Source: Bdellovibrionales bacterium (GTDB taxonomy: Bacteria > Bdellovibrionota > Bdellovibrionia > Bdellovibrionales > UBA1609). From it: a DNA stretch of 64,000 nucleotides. The number at the start of each line of letters is the position of its first letter. Position 1 is the first letter of the stretch. Location: NCBI GenBank assembly GCA_965219095.1, contig CBDCMT010000001.1, forward strand, positions 1,120,001-1,184,000. The letters are read 5' to 3'. Positions 10,300-20,779 of the stretch are shown here, piece by piece. Below the pieces are notes generated by a model, which was not told the DNA's origin, did no database searches, and worked only from the letters and a program-made list of their open reading frames with translations. A program made the translations under genes and the position numbers.

Positions 10300-10791
10300 A
10301 TGACAAAAATAAAACAATTTATTTTCTCCTCTTTTCTTCTTATGTTTCTTGCATCTTGTTCTTCTATGAAGGCCAAGGTAGGAGATGTAGAAAAGGATCC
10401 TAGCATTAGTACGACAGAACTTAGTTTTAAACCTCAAGGAAGTGATGCAGGTTTTGATGGTTTAACAACTATTAATTTTGAATTCGATCGTGCGGACTTA
10501 ACAGAAAAAAGTCGCAAAACCCTTGAAGAAAATGCTCACTGGATTAAAACTAATCCTAATTATATTATCGAAATTGAGGGTCATTGTGATAATCGAGGTT
10601 CTGTACAGTACAACATTGCTTTAGGCGAAAGAAGATCTAATATGGTAAGAGGTTATCTTATTAATTTGGGTGTACCTAGAGAGAGGATGTCTGTTATCAG
10701 CTATGGAAAAGAAAAATTAATTGCTTTAGGAAATGATGAGGCCTCTCACTATAAAAATAGACGAGCTAACTTTAAGCCCATCAAGAAATAA
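10300..10791 (+). CDS. pal: Peptidoglycan-associated lipoprotein (OmpA family)
   Basis: Lipobox LASC; EGHCDNRGSVQYNIALGERR; SYGKEK; NRRA. Confidence 0.92.
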   Translation: MTKIKQFIFSSFLLMFLASCSSMKAKVGDVEKDPSISTTELSFKPQGSDAGFDGLTTINFEFDRADLTEKSRKTLEENAHWIKTNPNYIIEIEGHCDNRGSVQYNIALGERRSNMVRGYLINLGVPRERMSVISYGKEKLIALGNDEASHYKNRRANFKPIKK

Positions 10792-10794
10792 ACT

Positions 10795-11136
10795 ATGAAA
10801 AAAACTTTTCTTAAAAGTTTTTCATTTTGTTTTATATCCTTATTTTTCCTACAATGTGCAGGAACGCCTCCCGTTTATATTTACAATCAGGCTTCCCTAG
10901 CTTTAAAAAAAGCCAGAGAAGCTTATGGTAAAACGTACTCTCCTAAAACTCTTAAAATATCTCAAAGGTATTACAACCAAGGAGAAAAACTCTATACAGA
11001 AAGAAGGTACAGAAAAGCGAAAGAAGAATTCCTAAAAGCCATTAAATGGGCTGAAAAAACAGAAAACCTTTCTTTAATAAGAAAGATAAAAGAACAGGAA
11101 GAAATAACAGAAGAAGAAAGAAAGTCAGCACAATGA
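10795..11136 (+). CDS. Small helical lipoprotein
   Basis: Signal peptide ending LQC; helical, Ala/Lys-rich. Confidence 0.65.
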   Translation: MKKTFLKSFSFCFISLFFLQCAGTPPVYIYNQASLALKKAREAYGKTYSPKTLKISQRYYNQGEKLYTERRYRKAKEEFLKAIKWAEKTENLSLIRKIKEQEEITEEERKSAQ

Positions 11137-11873
11137 AAAAAAAATTACTGCTTATCATAACTACTTTGCTTTTTAGCACTTCTTGTTTTAAAACAAGAAG
11201 TGAATTGCAAGGTAGAATCAACACTGTTCCTGAAGCTATACCTCTTGAGTCCCAAGAAAACTCACAAACTACACCCTACAGTAAGAGAAGTATAAGAACT
11301 TGGGATCGGTTGAATGAAATCGAACAACAACTTCAAGAGCTTCGTTCAGAAATTGAGATTTTACAAAATCAAATCTCTCAGGCCAATTACAAGGACAAAA
11401 ATCCTCCCGTCAATTCTTTAAATAAAAACTATTCAAACAAAGCTTACGAGGAGGCTTTGTTTGATTTTGAAAAAAATCTGAAAAATTTAAACAAACGGCT
11501 CAATCAATTGGAAGAAAAACAAAAAGTTTATAAAAAAAAGAGTACAAAAGGAAGTAAAAAGAGTACAAAAAAGAGTGTAAAAAACAAAACCATTGTGAAG
11601 AAAGAAAACATTCTAAATTTTTTACACCATCGTGCTGAGAAAGCCTTTAAGACAAAAAACTGGACTCTTTCCATAGAACTTTATCAAAAGTTAAGGAAGA
11701 ACTCAAAAGGGAAAACTTACAGACAAGCCACTTATAAGATTGGAGAGGCTTTCAGTCGTTTAGGTATGAAAAAAGAAGCCCAACCTTTTTTAGAAGAACT
11801 TGTTAAAAAGTACCCTAAAACTTTAGAGGCTAAACAAGCGAAAATAAAGTTAAATCAGTTTTATCATCAGTGA
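11133..11873 (+). CDS. CpoB/YbgF-like TPR lipoprotein
   Basis: Lipobox TSC, coiled coil, C-terminal TPR (ATYKIGEAF...LVKKYPK); downstream of pal. Confidence 0.75.
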   Translation: MKKKLLLIITTLLFSTSCFKTRSELQGRINTVPEAIPLESQENSQTTPYSKRSIRTWDRLNEIEQQLQELRSEIEILQNQISQANYKDKNPPVNSLNKNYSNKAYEEALFDFEKNLKNLNKRLNQLEEKQKVYKKKSTKGSKKSTKKSVKNKTIVKKENILNFLHHRAEKAFKTKNWTLSIELYQKLRKNSKGKTYRQATYKIGEAFSRLGMKKEAQPFLEELVKKYPKTLEAKQAKIKLNQFYHQ

Positions 11874-12913
11874 TTAAAAAAGTTCTAGCTATTGAAACAA
11901 GTTGTGATGACACAGCTGTGTCTGTTGTCAAAGAACCACAGGAAGTGGAGGTCTCTTTATCTGCAGATCAAATAAAAGCTCACATGCCTTTTGGCGGTGT
12001 TGTACCTGAAATAGCAGGACGCAGGCATTCTCTTGTGCTACTTTCTCTTGTGAAAGAAGCCCTTCGTTTAAGTGAAAGTACTTGGGAGGACATTGATGGC
12101 TTATCTGTTACTAACAGACCTGGTCTTTTAACCTCCCTTTTTGTAGGAGTGATGACAGCAAAAACCTTAGCTCTTTGTCAGAAAAAACCTCTCATAGGAG
12201 TCAATCACTTAGAAGCCCACATCTATGCTCCTTTTTTAAGTGATAAAGAACATAAAGCTCCCCGCTTTTGGAAAAATTCTTTTCTAGCTCTTGCTGTAAG
12301 CGGGGGACATACTCACCTTTACAAAGTACACAAGTTTACTCGCTACGAACTTTTGGGAAAAACACTGGATGATGCTGCAGGAGAGGCATTCGACAAATTT
12401 GCTCAACTTCTTTCTTTGGGCTTTCCGGGTGGCACTCTTGTGGATCGTATGTCTCAAGGTGGAGATGCTCACAAATATCTTCTTCCAAGACCTCTTATAA
12501 AAGAAGATCATTTCAACTATAGTTTTTCGGGGCTTAAAACAGCCTCCTATCGGTTGATTCAAACTATGACTCCGCAGGAGAGAAAGGACCATCTTAAGGA
12601 TCTTTGTGCTAGTTTTCAACAGGCTGTTTCAGAGTCTTTAATGAAAAAACTCAAAAAAGCTCAAGAAAAGTTAAAAATTGACCGTGTTGTTCTTACAGGA
12701 GGTGTAAGTGCTAACTCTCTTTTAAGAAGCATGTGTCTTCAGTGGGCTCAAAAAAAAGGTCTTGAAGTTGCAATACCCCCTTTAAGATATTGCACAGATA
12801 ATGCAGCTATGGTGGGGCTTGTGGGTCTTAAAAGACTTCAACTTTATGGAGGAGAAAGACTTCAAGCCATTCAAGCTATGTCTTGTGTCAAAAAGGACGA
12901 TTTTATTTCATGA
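11870..12913 (+). CDS. tsaD: tRNA N6-adenosine threonylcarbamoyltransferase
   Basis: LAIETSCDDT, NHLEAH, SGGHT, DDAAGEAFDK, FSGLKT, TDNAAM. Confidence 0.97.
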   Translation: MIKKVLAIETSCDDTAVSVVKEPQEVEVSLSADQIKAHMPFGGVVPEIAGRRHSLVLLSLVKEALRLSESTWEDIDGLSVTNRPGLLTSLFVGVMTAKTLALCQKKPLIGVNHLEAHIYAPFLSDKEHKAPRFWKNSFLALAVSGGHTHLYKVHKFTRYELLGKTLDDAAGEAFDKFAQLLSLGFPGGTLVDRMSQGGDAHKYLLPRPLIKEDHFNYSFSGLKTASYRLIQTMTPQERKDHLKDLCASFQQAVSESLMKKLKKAQEKLKIDRVVLTGGVSANSLLRSMCLQWAQKKGLEVAIPPLRYCTDNAAMVGLVGLKRLQLYGGERLQAIQAMSCVKKDDFIS

Positions 12914-13722
12914 ACTCTCAGAGCGTCAAAGATAAGCTCAGACAATTAGGAATCTCTCCTAGAAAATCACTAGGACAAAATTTTCTTATCAATAAAAGCA
13001 TTTGCTATCAAATTATAGAAAAAACCCGTCAACTCAAACCCTCTTATTACGTAGAGATAGGTCCTGGTCTAGGAGCTTTAACACAGTTCTTAAACCCTAA
13101 AAAAAGTCTTCTCATTGAAAAAGAGAAAGCTTTTTTGCCTTATTGGAAAAAGTCAGGCTTTCTTGTTTTAGAAAGGGACGTTTTAAAAGTTGATTTTAGT
13201 ACTCTTCAACTTAAGCCTAAGACTATTCTTCTCAGTAACCTCCCCTACACCATAAGCTCTCGTTTTTTAATTCAGATCTCTTTACAACATAAGAATTTGA
13301 TCGAGTGGATGGTTTTAATGTTTCAAAAAGAGGTGGCACAAAGAATACTAAGCCCTCAAGGGAGTAAAAACTATGGTATTTTATCTGTTATGACCCAAAC
13401 CTTATGGAATATAGAAAATTTTTTAGAAGTTTACCCTAAAGACTTTTATCCTCCTCCCCAAGTTGCAGGACAGGTTCTTGTATTTAAAAAAAAACTCTCT
13501 CCTTTCAAGACCTCTCACCAAATAAAAAAGTTTCTTTTATTTGTAAAAAAAGCCTTTCTTTATAGAAGAAAGTACCTGAAAAGTAACTTAAAGTTAAAAG
13601 ATTTAAAAACCTTAGAGGCTCTTAACATTTCCTACAAAGCAAGAGCTGAGGATCTAAGTCCAAGAGACTTTGTCAAACTTTTTTGCTATATTAAAAAACA
13701 TGAGACAAAAGAATCCACCTAA
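12910..13722 (+). CDS. rsmA: 16S rRNA m6,2A dimethyltransferase
   Basis: KSLGQNFL, EIGPGLGALT, NLPY, MFQKEVA; ATG overlaps the tsaD stop. Confidence 0.95.
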   Translation: MNSQSVKDKLRQLGISPRKSLGQNFLINKSICYQIIEKTRQLKPSYYVEIGPGLGALTQFLNPKKSLLIEKEKAFLPYWKKSGFLVLERDVLKVDFSTLQLKPKTILLSNLPYTISSRFLIQISLQHKNLIEWMVLMFQKEVAQRILSPQGSKNYGILSVMTQTLWNIENFLEVYPKDFYPPPQVAGQVLVFKKKLSPFKTSHQIKKFLLFVKKAFLYRRKYLKSNLKLKDLKTLEALNISYKARAEDLSPRDFVKLFCYIKKHETKEST

Positions 13723-14179
13723 GAATGCTTTGTTTGTTGCAAAAAACAAAAAAGCCAGTTTTAACTATGAAATTTTAGAAAGCTTTGAAGCAGGCCTGCA
13801 ACTCAAAGGTAGCGAAGTGAAGTCGTTGAGATTAAAGCTCTGTAGCCTTTCTCAAGCCTACATTTCTTTTGCCAAAAAGGAGGCTTTTGTACAAGGTATG
13901 CATATTGCCCCTTACCCTCATGGGGGTTTAAATAACCACAATCCTCTACGTCTTAGAAAGCTTCTTCTTCACAGAAGGGAAATTAATCGTTTGATGGGTC
14001 TTTCCGATAAACAGGGAGTTACGTGCGTTCCTTTAGAAATTTATTTTAATAAAAAACAAAAAGTGAAATTGAAAATAGCTCTTGTAAGAGGAAAGCATAA
14101 AAAGGACAAACGAGAAACATTGAAGAGAAGACAAGCTCATAGAGAGATGGCTCGTGAAATGAAAAAGAAAAATCTGTAA
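13700..14179 (+). CDS. smpB: SsrA-binding protein
   Basis: NKKASFNY, EAGLQLKGSEVKSLR, RKLLLH, DKRE. Confidence 0.97.
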   Translation: MRQKNPPKNALFVAKNKKASFNYEILESFEAGLQLKGSEVKSLRLKLCSLSQAYISFAKKEAFVQGMHIAPYPHGGLNNHNPLRLRKLLLHRREINRLMGLSDKQGVTCVPLEIYFNKKQKVKLKIALVRGKHKKDKRETLKRRQAHREMAREMKKKNL

Positions 14180-14209
14180 ACAATATCTATAGCGATAGCA
14201 TTTAATTTT

Positions 14210-14283
14210 GCCTCCTCAAAAGAATCTGTGGGTTCCCGGAGGTTCTGGCAGTTTTCCAAGGTTATGATATAAGGCGATTTTTT
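14210..14283 (-). mobile_element. ISL3 right-end remnant
   Basis: Near-identical to 25645-25718. Confidence 0.85.
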
Positions 14284-14363
14284 AAGTGTAGTGAGGTCTA
14301 GTTTTTTGATAAAATCTTGATAAAGAAGAAGTTTTTTTAAGAACGTAGTTGTATGAGTAAATT

Positions 14364-15740
14364 TTAATTAAGTTTTATTTTCTGATCTTCAAGAATTTCT
14401 TTTGTTTTCTGAGACCTATAAGAAAAAATTTTTTCTAAATTTTTTCTTATAAAATAGTCTGTTACTCCGAGATCTAAAAATCTTAAGGGAAGTGTGTAAA
14501 AAATTCGATCCTTTATAAGAGTTCCCCTTTGAACTTCTTCAAAAAAATGATCATGCATCCAATGATTGTAAGGACCTTTTTTTTGGGAGTCTGTAAAATA
14601 GTGAGGAGGATTCCAGTCTGTGATTTCTGTGATCCAAGAAAGAGGAAATTTAGAGATTTTGAATTTGTAGTGAATGTGGGTGTGTTTTTTTATTTGTTCT
14701 GTTGAGATATGAATGATTTGCAATTGCAAAGAAGGGGGAGTGATCTTTTTAAGATTGTAGGGGTTGGAAAAAAACTTAAAAACCTTTTGAAGAGGTTGAA
14801 AGACCCATAAATTTCTTTCAAGAAGAGAAGCTCCTTTATGAAGATAAAGATCTTTGAAAGCTGTCTGGAGTTGAGGGAATTGAAACTTAAAATTTGTTTC
14901 TTTTGAGAATCTGTGAGGTATAACTTTTTGACTTGCTAAAACTAAGTTGGCTCTTTGTCCTAACATAATCTTAAGAGCTATTTTTGGAGCAGGGAGATTG
15001 AGTTTGAAAAGAGGCTTTAGCTTTAAAGTTTCATAAAAAATTTTTGTAAAATCTTTGTTTCTTATAGGGGAGTTTGTTGTGGCATTAAAAGCCCCGTAGA
15101 GGTTCTCATTGTCTAGAACGTAAAGAAAAAGTCTCACAACGTCTTTAATATGTATCCAGCTCATCCACTGACGTCCAGAAGCTAAGGGTCCTGCTATGCC
15201 TTTTCTAAAAAGAGGTTCTAATTCTTTTAAAAAGCCTTTATTGCGATCAAGGACAAGTCCTAAACGTAAAACAACAACTCTTAAAGCTTTAAGTTCTAAG
15301 AGGGGGTTTTCCCATTCTTCACAAACTTTCGAGAGAAAACCATTCCCCTTGGCAGAATCTTCTGTTTGCTCTTTCTCTCCTTCACCATAAAACCCAATAG
15401 CTCCTGCTGAAATAAAAGCTTTCACATCCGTTCTATGATGATTTAAGGCTTTAACAAGCTTTGTAGTCAGTTGAGAACGGGAGTTAAGAATTTCTTTTTT
15501 TTGAGTTGTGGTCCATTTTTTTGAAGCTATAGCTTCTCCTGCTAAATGAAATACAGCTTCCACACTTTCAAAAGCCTCTTTATTTTCTATGTCATCCCAT
15601 AAAAGAAGTTTGTGGGGGTAAGGAAAGTTAGGTTTTTTTTGTCGACTTACAATTTTTAATTTATAACCTTTTTTAAGTAAACTTTCAGAAAGTTTTTGGC
15701 CGATAAATCCTGTAGCACCTGTAATCATCACATACTTCAT
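14364..15740 (-). CDS. TIGR01777-family NAD-dependent epimerase fused to SRPBCC domain
   Basis: ITGATGFIG, HLAGEAI, QWMSWIHIKD; C-terminal FTDSQKKGPY..WMHDH. Confidence 0.9.
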   Translation of the reverse strand: MKYVMITGATGFIGQKLSESLLKKGYKLKIVSRQKKPNFPYPHKLLLWDDIENKEAFESVEAVFHLAGEAIASKKWTTTQKKEILNSRSQLTTKLVKALNHHRTDVKAFISAGAIGFYGEGEKEQTEDSAKGNGFLSKVCEEWENPLLELKALRVVVLRLGLVLDRNKGFLKELEPLFRKGIAGPLASGRQWMSWIHIKDVVRLFLYVLDNENLYGAFNATTNSPIRNKDFTKIFYETLKLKPLFKLNLPAPKIALKIMLGQRANLVLASQKVIPHRFSKETNFKFQFPQLQTAFKDLYLHKGASLLERNLWVFQPLQKVFKFFSNPYNLKKITPPSLQLQIIHISTEQIKKHTHIHYKFKISKFPLSWITEITDWNPPHYFTDSQKKGPYNHWMHDHFFEEVQRGTLIKDRIFYTLPLRFLDLGVTDYFIRKNLEKIFSYRSQKTKEILEDQKIKLN

Positions 15741-16165
15741 GCTTTGTTAGAGTACCATAAAAGAGAGGCTTAAATATTTAACTTAATAACCCGAGTTTCA
15801 ACTTTTTTCAGGGCTAAGGTCTAGCTTATATAAAAAAACACCTTTAGACCTTTGTAAGATTTTCTTGAAAAAGCAACTTACAAGGAAAAACAACTTGAGA
15901 ATTATAAAAAAAACATACTAAAGAGGTCTAAGATATTTAATTCTAATTATATCAATTTATGTTCCTGTCGATGATTTTTTAACCCCTCTCGTACAACAAT
16001 CCAGAGCTGATTTTTCAAAACAAAAGGAGTTTTTCTTCTGCTTATCTCCCAGAGAAATCATCACTCTCTCTACTTTTCCAAAGTTTTAGGCTTTAGGAAT
16101 CTTAAAGCCTTCTACCAGTTTATAAGAAGTCTATCTTACAATCTTATTTTCCTAAAATGTTGTCT

Positions 16166-16263
16166 TATACCATTTCCAAAAATTAATTCGACATTCTTTT
16201 AACGCATAGCCTCCTGGCTTTTTAATCAAACTCTGTTAAATTTTTAGAGTGTCTATCAAAAAG
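16166..16263 (+). mobile_element. IS630-A left end joined to inverted IS110 right-end stub
   Basis: ...ttagagtGTctatcaaaaag is the reverse complement of the junction at 51829-51848. Confidence 0.85.
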
Positions 16264-16351
16264 AAAATATAGATGACCAGCCTTTTTTTGAAAAACTGGG
16301 ACTTAAAAACCCTGATTAGAAGAGTTAGACTCATCTAAGAAGTAAGCTCAT

Positions 16352-16395
16352 TGAACTTCCCCCAAAAAAGTGGACAGTTTTTTGGGGGAAGATCA
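16352..16395. mobile_element. 44-bp IS3-like MITE
   Basis: tgaacttcccccaaaaaa-gtggacag-ttttttgggggaagatca, TG...CA ends; second copy at 33898-33941. Confidence 0.75.
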
Positions 16396-17378
16396 CTAGA
16401 AATAAAGGTCAATTTCCTAAAGGTATGAGTGGTCCTCTTCAGTATGGTGTAGGCATTAGAGCTTCCATCATCAATTTCATTATAGTTCAGATGCTGTCTT
16501 TTAGAGCGTGTTGGGGAACATTACATGGGGCTTATAGGTCGAATGATTTCTCCTGCAGTTATGTTGAGATACATTGCTGAATTAGGAGAGTTTCTTAAAA
16601 GTTGGGAAGAGCAGATGAAAGAAAAGATACTTGAATCAGAGGTCATTCATGTTGATGAGACCTCTATGAGGGTTAAGGGTAAAAACTACTGGATTCATAC
16701 TTATAGTTCAGGAGAATTAGTCTTGCAGTTTCTCCACCTTTCAGGTGGAAAGGAAGCCATAAAAGATATTGGTCTCTTGGATAGATATGCAGGAGTGCTT
16801 GTGCATGATTGTTGGAGTCCTTACTTTTGTTATGATAAGATAACTCATGCTTTGTGTGTGGCTCACCTTTTGAGAGAGCTTAAATTTATAGAAGAAAGCA
16901 ATGGATTCAAATGGGCTACAAATCTCAAAAAACTTCTTAAAGAGACTGTGGAGCTAGTTCATAAAAAAGAGTCAAGAGTTCTGACTCAAAAAGAGTACGA
17001 AACTCTTCAGAGAAGGTATAGGAGTATTCTTACAAAAGGCTTAAAAGAGCTTCCAGAATTTCCTAAGAAAAATGGCAAGAAAGGACGAATAAAGCATACA
17101 CAAGCTCAAAACCTTTGGCTGCGATTTAAAAAGTATGAAGCAGAAATACTGTGTTTTGCTAAAAGAAAGAACGTAGATCCTACTAATAACAGAGCTGAAA
17201 GAGATCTAAGAATGACTAAAGTGAAAAAGAAAGTGTCAGGGTGTTTCAGAACAGAAGAAATGGCGAAATATTTTTGTCGCATTACCAGCTATGTTAAAAC
17301 AATGAGAAATAGAGGGTATTCTTCTTTAGAAGCCATCTCTATGGCTTTAAATAAAAACTTACGAGAGTGAGCAGTTAC
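16396..17378 (+). mobile_element. IS66-family element, 3' portion (transposase fragment 16525-17370)
   Basis: HVDET, LVHDCW, CVAHLLREL, TNNRAERDLR; right TIR gtgagcagttac. Confidence 0.92.
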
Positions 17379-17380
17379 GT

Positions 17381-18594
17381 TGTAATAGTCGCAACTTAAT
17401 CTGACACGTCTCGAAATGTCAAAGAGATGAAAAGAGGTTACCCTTTTAAATAAACAATACCACCCCAAAGGGTGGAGAAAGGATAACAAAAATGACATAT
17501 CAAGAAAGAATTATAAAATCAAAAGTAGGTCTTTTGCAATTAGCAGAAGAGTTAGGCAATGTATCTCAAGCTTGTAAGGTGATGGGCTTTTCAAGAGATA
17601 CATTTTATCGTTACAAGACACTCAAAGAGGAAGGAGGTTTAGAATCATTAAGAGAGCAAAGTCGTAGAAAGCCTAATTTAAAAAACAGAGTTGATCAAAC
17701 GACAGAAGAGGCTTGTTTAAGGATCGCTATAGAACTTCCTGCCTATGGACAGTTGAGAGCGTCCAATGAGTTAAGGAAAAAAGGAATTTTTATTTCTCCT
17801 GCAGGAGTTAGAGGGGTCTGGCTGAGAAATAATTTAGAGACTTTCAAAAAGCGTTTGAAAGCTTTAGAAAAGAAGTCTGCAGAGGAAGGCTTGGTTTTCA
17901 CAGAGGAGCAGTTACAAGCCCTAGAGAAGAAGAAACAAGAGGATTTAGAGTGCGGAGAGGTAGAGACAGCTCATCCTGGTTATTTAGGCTCACAGGACAC
18001 TTTTTATGTGGGAACTATGAAAGGTGTAGGACGTCTTTATCAACAAACCTTTGTGGACACTTACTCAAAAATTGCTTTCTGTAAGCTCTATAAAACGAAA
18101 ACACCTATTACAGCAGCTGACCTTCTCAATGATAGAGTGTTTCCTTTTTTTGAAGACCATGATGTGCCCCTGCTTCGTATGTTAACAGATAGGGGTACAG
18201 AGTTCTGTGGAGTTCAAGATCGTCACGATTATGAGCTTTATTTGGCTATCAATGATATAGAGCACACAAAAACAAAGGCAAGACATCCTCAAACCAATGG
18301 CATCTGTGAAAGATTTCATAGAACAATTTTAGAGGAGTTTTATCAAGTGGAGTTTAGAAAAAAAGTGTACAAAAGCATAGAAGAGTTGCAGTCTGACCTT
18401 GACTTGTGGCTTGTGAAATATAATGAAAGGAGAACTCATCAGGGAAAAATGTGTTGTGGTCGAACACCTATGGAAACTTTCCTTGACGGAAAACAAAAAG
18501 TAAGGCAAAAGATGATTGAACAGAACGAAAACTGACAGACAGTTTTTTATCAACCCAGAAAGGGTAACTGTCAGATCATATAACGTCTATTACA
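17381..18594 (+). mobile_element. Complete IS481-family element
   Basis: TGT...ACA ends with imperfect TIR; 7-bp TSD gttacgt (17374-17380, 18595-18601). Confidence 0.93.
17492..18535 (+). CDS. IS481-family transposase
   Basis: AEELGNVSQACK HTH; SQDTFYVG, TDRGTEFCG, PQTNGICERFH. Confidence 0.95.
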   Translation: MTYQERIIKSKVGLLQLAEELGNVSQACKVMGFSRDTFYRYKTLKEEGGLESLREQSRRKPNLKNRVDQTTEEACLRIAIELPAYGQLRASNELRKKGIFISPAGVRGVWLRNNLETFKKRLKALEKKSAEEGLVFTEEQLQALEKKKQEDLECGEVETAHPGYLGSQDTFYVGTMKGVGRLYQQTFVDTYSKIAFCKLYKTKTPITAADLLNDRVFPFFEDHDVPLLRMLTDRGTEFCGVQDRHDYELYLAINDIEHTKTKARHPQTNGICERFHRTILEEFYQVEFRKKVYKSIEELQSDLDLWLVKYNERRTHQGKMCCGRTPMETFLDGKQKVRQKMIEQNEN

Positions 18595-18601
18595 GTTACG
18601 T

Positions 18602-19293
18602 TTTATTATTATTTACATTTTTACGTTCTCCATAAGGTTTATATTTTTTCCCAGACTTGAAAACACCTAAAGTTAAAGCTGCAATTCTTCTAGTTGGTAG
18701 CGTTTCTAGCAGTATGTGGTGGTAAATTTTTTTTGATCAATTCTTCATAAAAATCATTAAATTCATTGTTATTTCCTATAACTGAGAGTGCAGCTGTCTT
18801 AAAAACACTTTTCATTTGTGGGCAAAACCTAGACTTCTTAGTTCCATAAGACCTTCCACCACTCATTTTATGTAGCTTTACAAGTCCGCAGTCCACTCCA
18901 CCAGGAATTACGTTTAAATCAGTGAGGCACTACAACCCTATCTTCTTACCTTTCAGAGTTTTTAAATAGGCACGAAGATTCCCAAGATCTGAAATCGTGT
19001 CCATAGTCTTAATATCTTTTGATTTGCCTGTCATCCTTGAAATGGCCATGTTACTTTGTGCCTAATCTACGGCTATATAGTGATCATACATTTTATTTTC
19101 CTCCTTTGTTGGTTGTTCATAAATAAAGTCTTGAAATCCTATTTTACATCTTTTTTTTGCTTTTTCCTTTGAGGCCTTAAAAAGCAGGACAGCTAAAGGG
19201 TTTAGAATTTGTCTCGAAAAGCTCACCTCCTTCTGCAAGTACTTTAGGGTCACTATCATGGCTTAAACCAGTGACCTGTCTTTTTGATTTACC
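18602..19293 (-). pseudogene. IS110/IS1111 remnant with internal deletion and nonsense codon
   Basis: Homologous to 48783-49141 and 51105-51444; MYDHYIAVD followed by TAG; left end joins an IS630-A right TIR (19296-19319). Confidence 0.88.
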
Positions 19294-19448
19294 GTCGAAT
19301 TAATTTCTGTAATTGGTATTACTTGTAGTTTTATAAGAGCTTAGCTTTTGTACTTACTTTTGAAAGCCAGGATTTAATTGTTGTATTATCTCTAGCGACA
19401 TCCTTTCTGGTACTTTTTTATCTGGTACTTTCTTATTTTCCTGTTATA

Positions 19449-20586
19449 TAGTGCTTCCGCTTAGGTTTTCCGTTTTTTTTGAGTTGAGGTCTAGTTTTTA
19501 TTCTAAGGCCTTGATAAAAAGTCATTTATTTTAAAAAATAGTTTCATATGTCAGGGCCTCTATCAAAAAAAGAGCGAAAAGATTTACTCTATGAACTATC
19601 TCTAGAGAAAAATCTTAAATACGCAAAAAGGATTATGACAATTCTCCATTTAGATAAAGGTGAGTTGTGTAAAGATATTTCCCGTTTTCTTTTCCTTGAT
19701 GAGGGCACGATAAGAGCCTATAGAGATCGTTATAACAAAGGCGGGATAGAGTGCTTAATCAACGACAATTACAACCCTAAAAGGTCCTTTTTAACTAAGA
19801 AAGAGGAGAAAATGCTTTTAAAGGAATTAGAGAAAAGAATTTTTCCGTCATCACAGGCCCTTATTCAGTTCATTGAGGAGAATTTTGGTGTTACGTACTT
19901 TAACAAGTGGTGTAATTGATCTTCTCCATCGCCTTGGTTTTTCTTATAAAAAAGCCACAGCAATACCGGGTAAGGCAAAGAGAGAAGAGCAGAAAAAGTT
20001 TGTGCGTAAATACAAGAGAATTAAGAAGAAAGACGGTCCTGTTTACTTTGCTGATTCCACACATCCTGAGTGGGGCCCTACGATTTCATATGGTTGGATA
20101 AGAGAGGGTAAGAAGTTTGAAGTGAAGACCAATTCAGGCTGGAGAAAAAGAGTGAATGTTTGTGGAGCTATTGAGATCAATAGTTTGAAGACGGTAGTCA
20201 GGAGTTATAAGACAGTTAACGAAGTTTTTCTATGTGATATGCTCTATCATATTCATTAAGAAGTATTCCGATGAAAAAGAGATTCATCTTATCTTAGATG
20301 GGGCCGGATACAATAGATCGAAGTCTGTCAAGAAGTTAGCGAAAGAGTTGAATATAAAACTTATTTATCTTCCTCCGTACTCACCGAATTTAAATCCTAT
20401 AGAAAGACTTTGGAAGTTTATGAAAAAAGAGGTCACGGCGAATCGATATTATGAAAACTATGACGATTTCAAGGGAAGTTTAAGTCAATTTTTTAGAGGA
20501 ATACGAAAACACAGAGCTAAATTAGAAACTTTGATAACTGATAACTTCTCTATCTTAGGAAACTGAAAAACTAAACGGAAGCACTA
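19449..20586 (+). mobile_element. IS630 type B element, transposase broken into three ORFs (19548-20566)
   Basis: TIR gtgcttccg.ttag.ttttc, TA flanks; YFADSTHP, LILDGAGY, LPPYSPNLNPIERLW. Confidence 0.92.
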
Positions 20587-20765
20587 TAGATAGTTTCAAC
20601 CTCTTTTGTATTTTCAAGAATTTTATCAAGTTCATTTGCATAAACATGATTTCTTTTCTTCCTTTCATTATTTACGTATTCTTTAGCAAACGAATAGAAA
20701 GAATGTGAATCTCCATCAACATGGGCTTTTAAAATTTTTTTCATATAATCTTTATTTGCACTCAT
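20587..20765 (-). pseudogene. N-terminal fragment of AAA ATPase (IetA-like) truncated by IS630
   Basis: MSANKDYMKKILKAHVDGDSHSFYSFAKEYVNNERKKRNHVYANELDKIL recalls the N-terminus of ATPases paired with S8 proteases; recognised by eye only. Confidence 0.5.
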
Positions 20766-20779
20766 TATAATTTTCCTCT

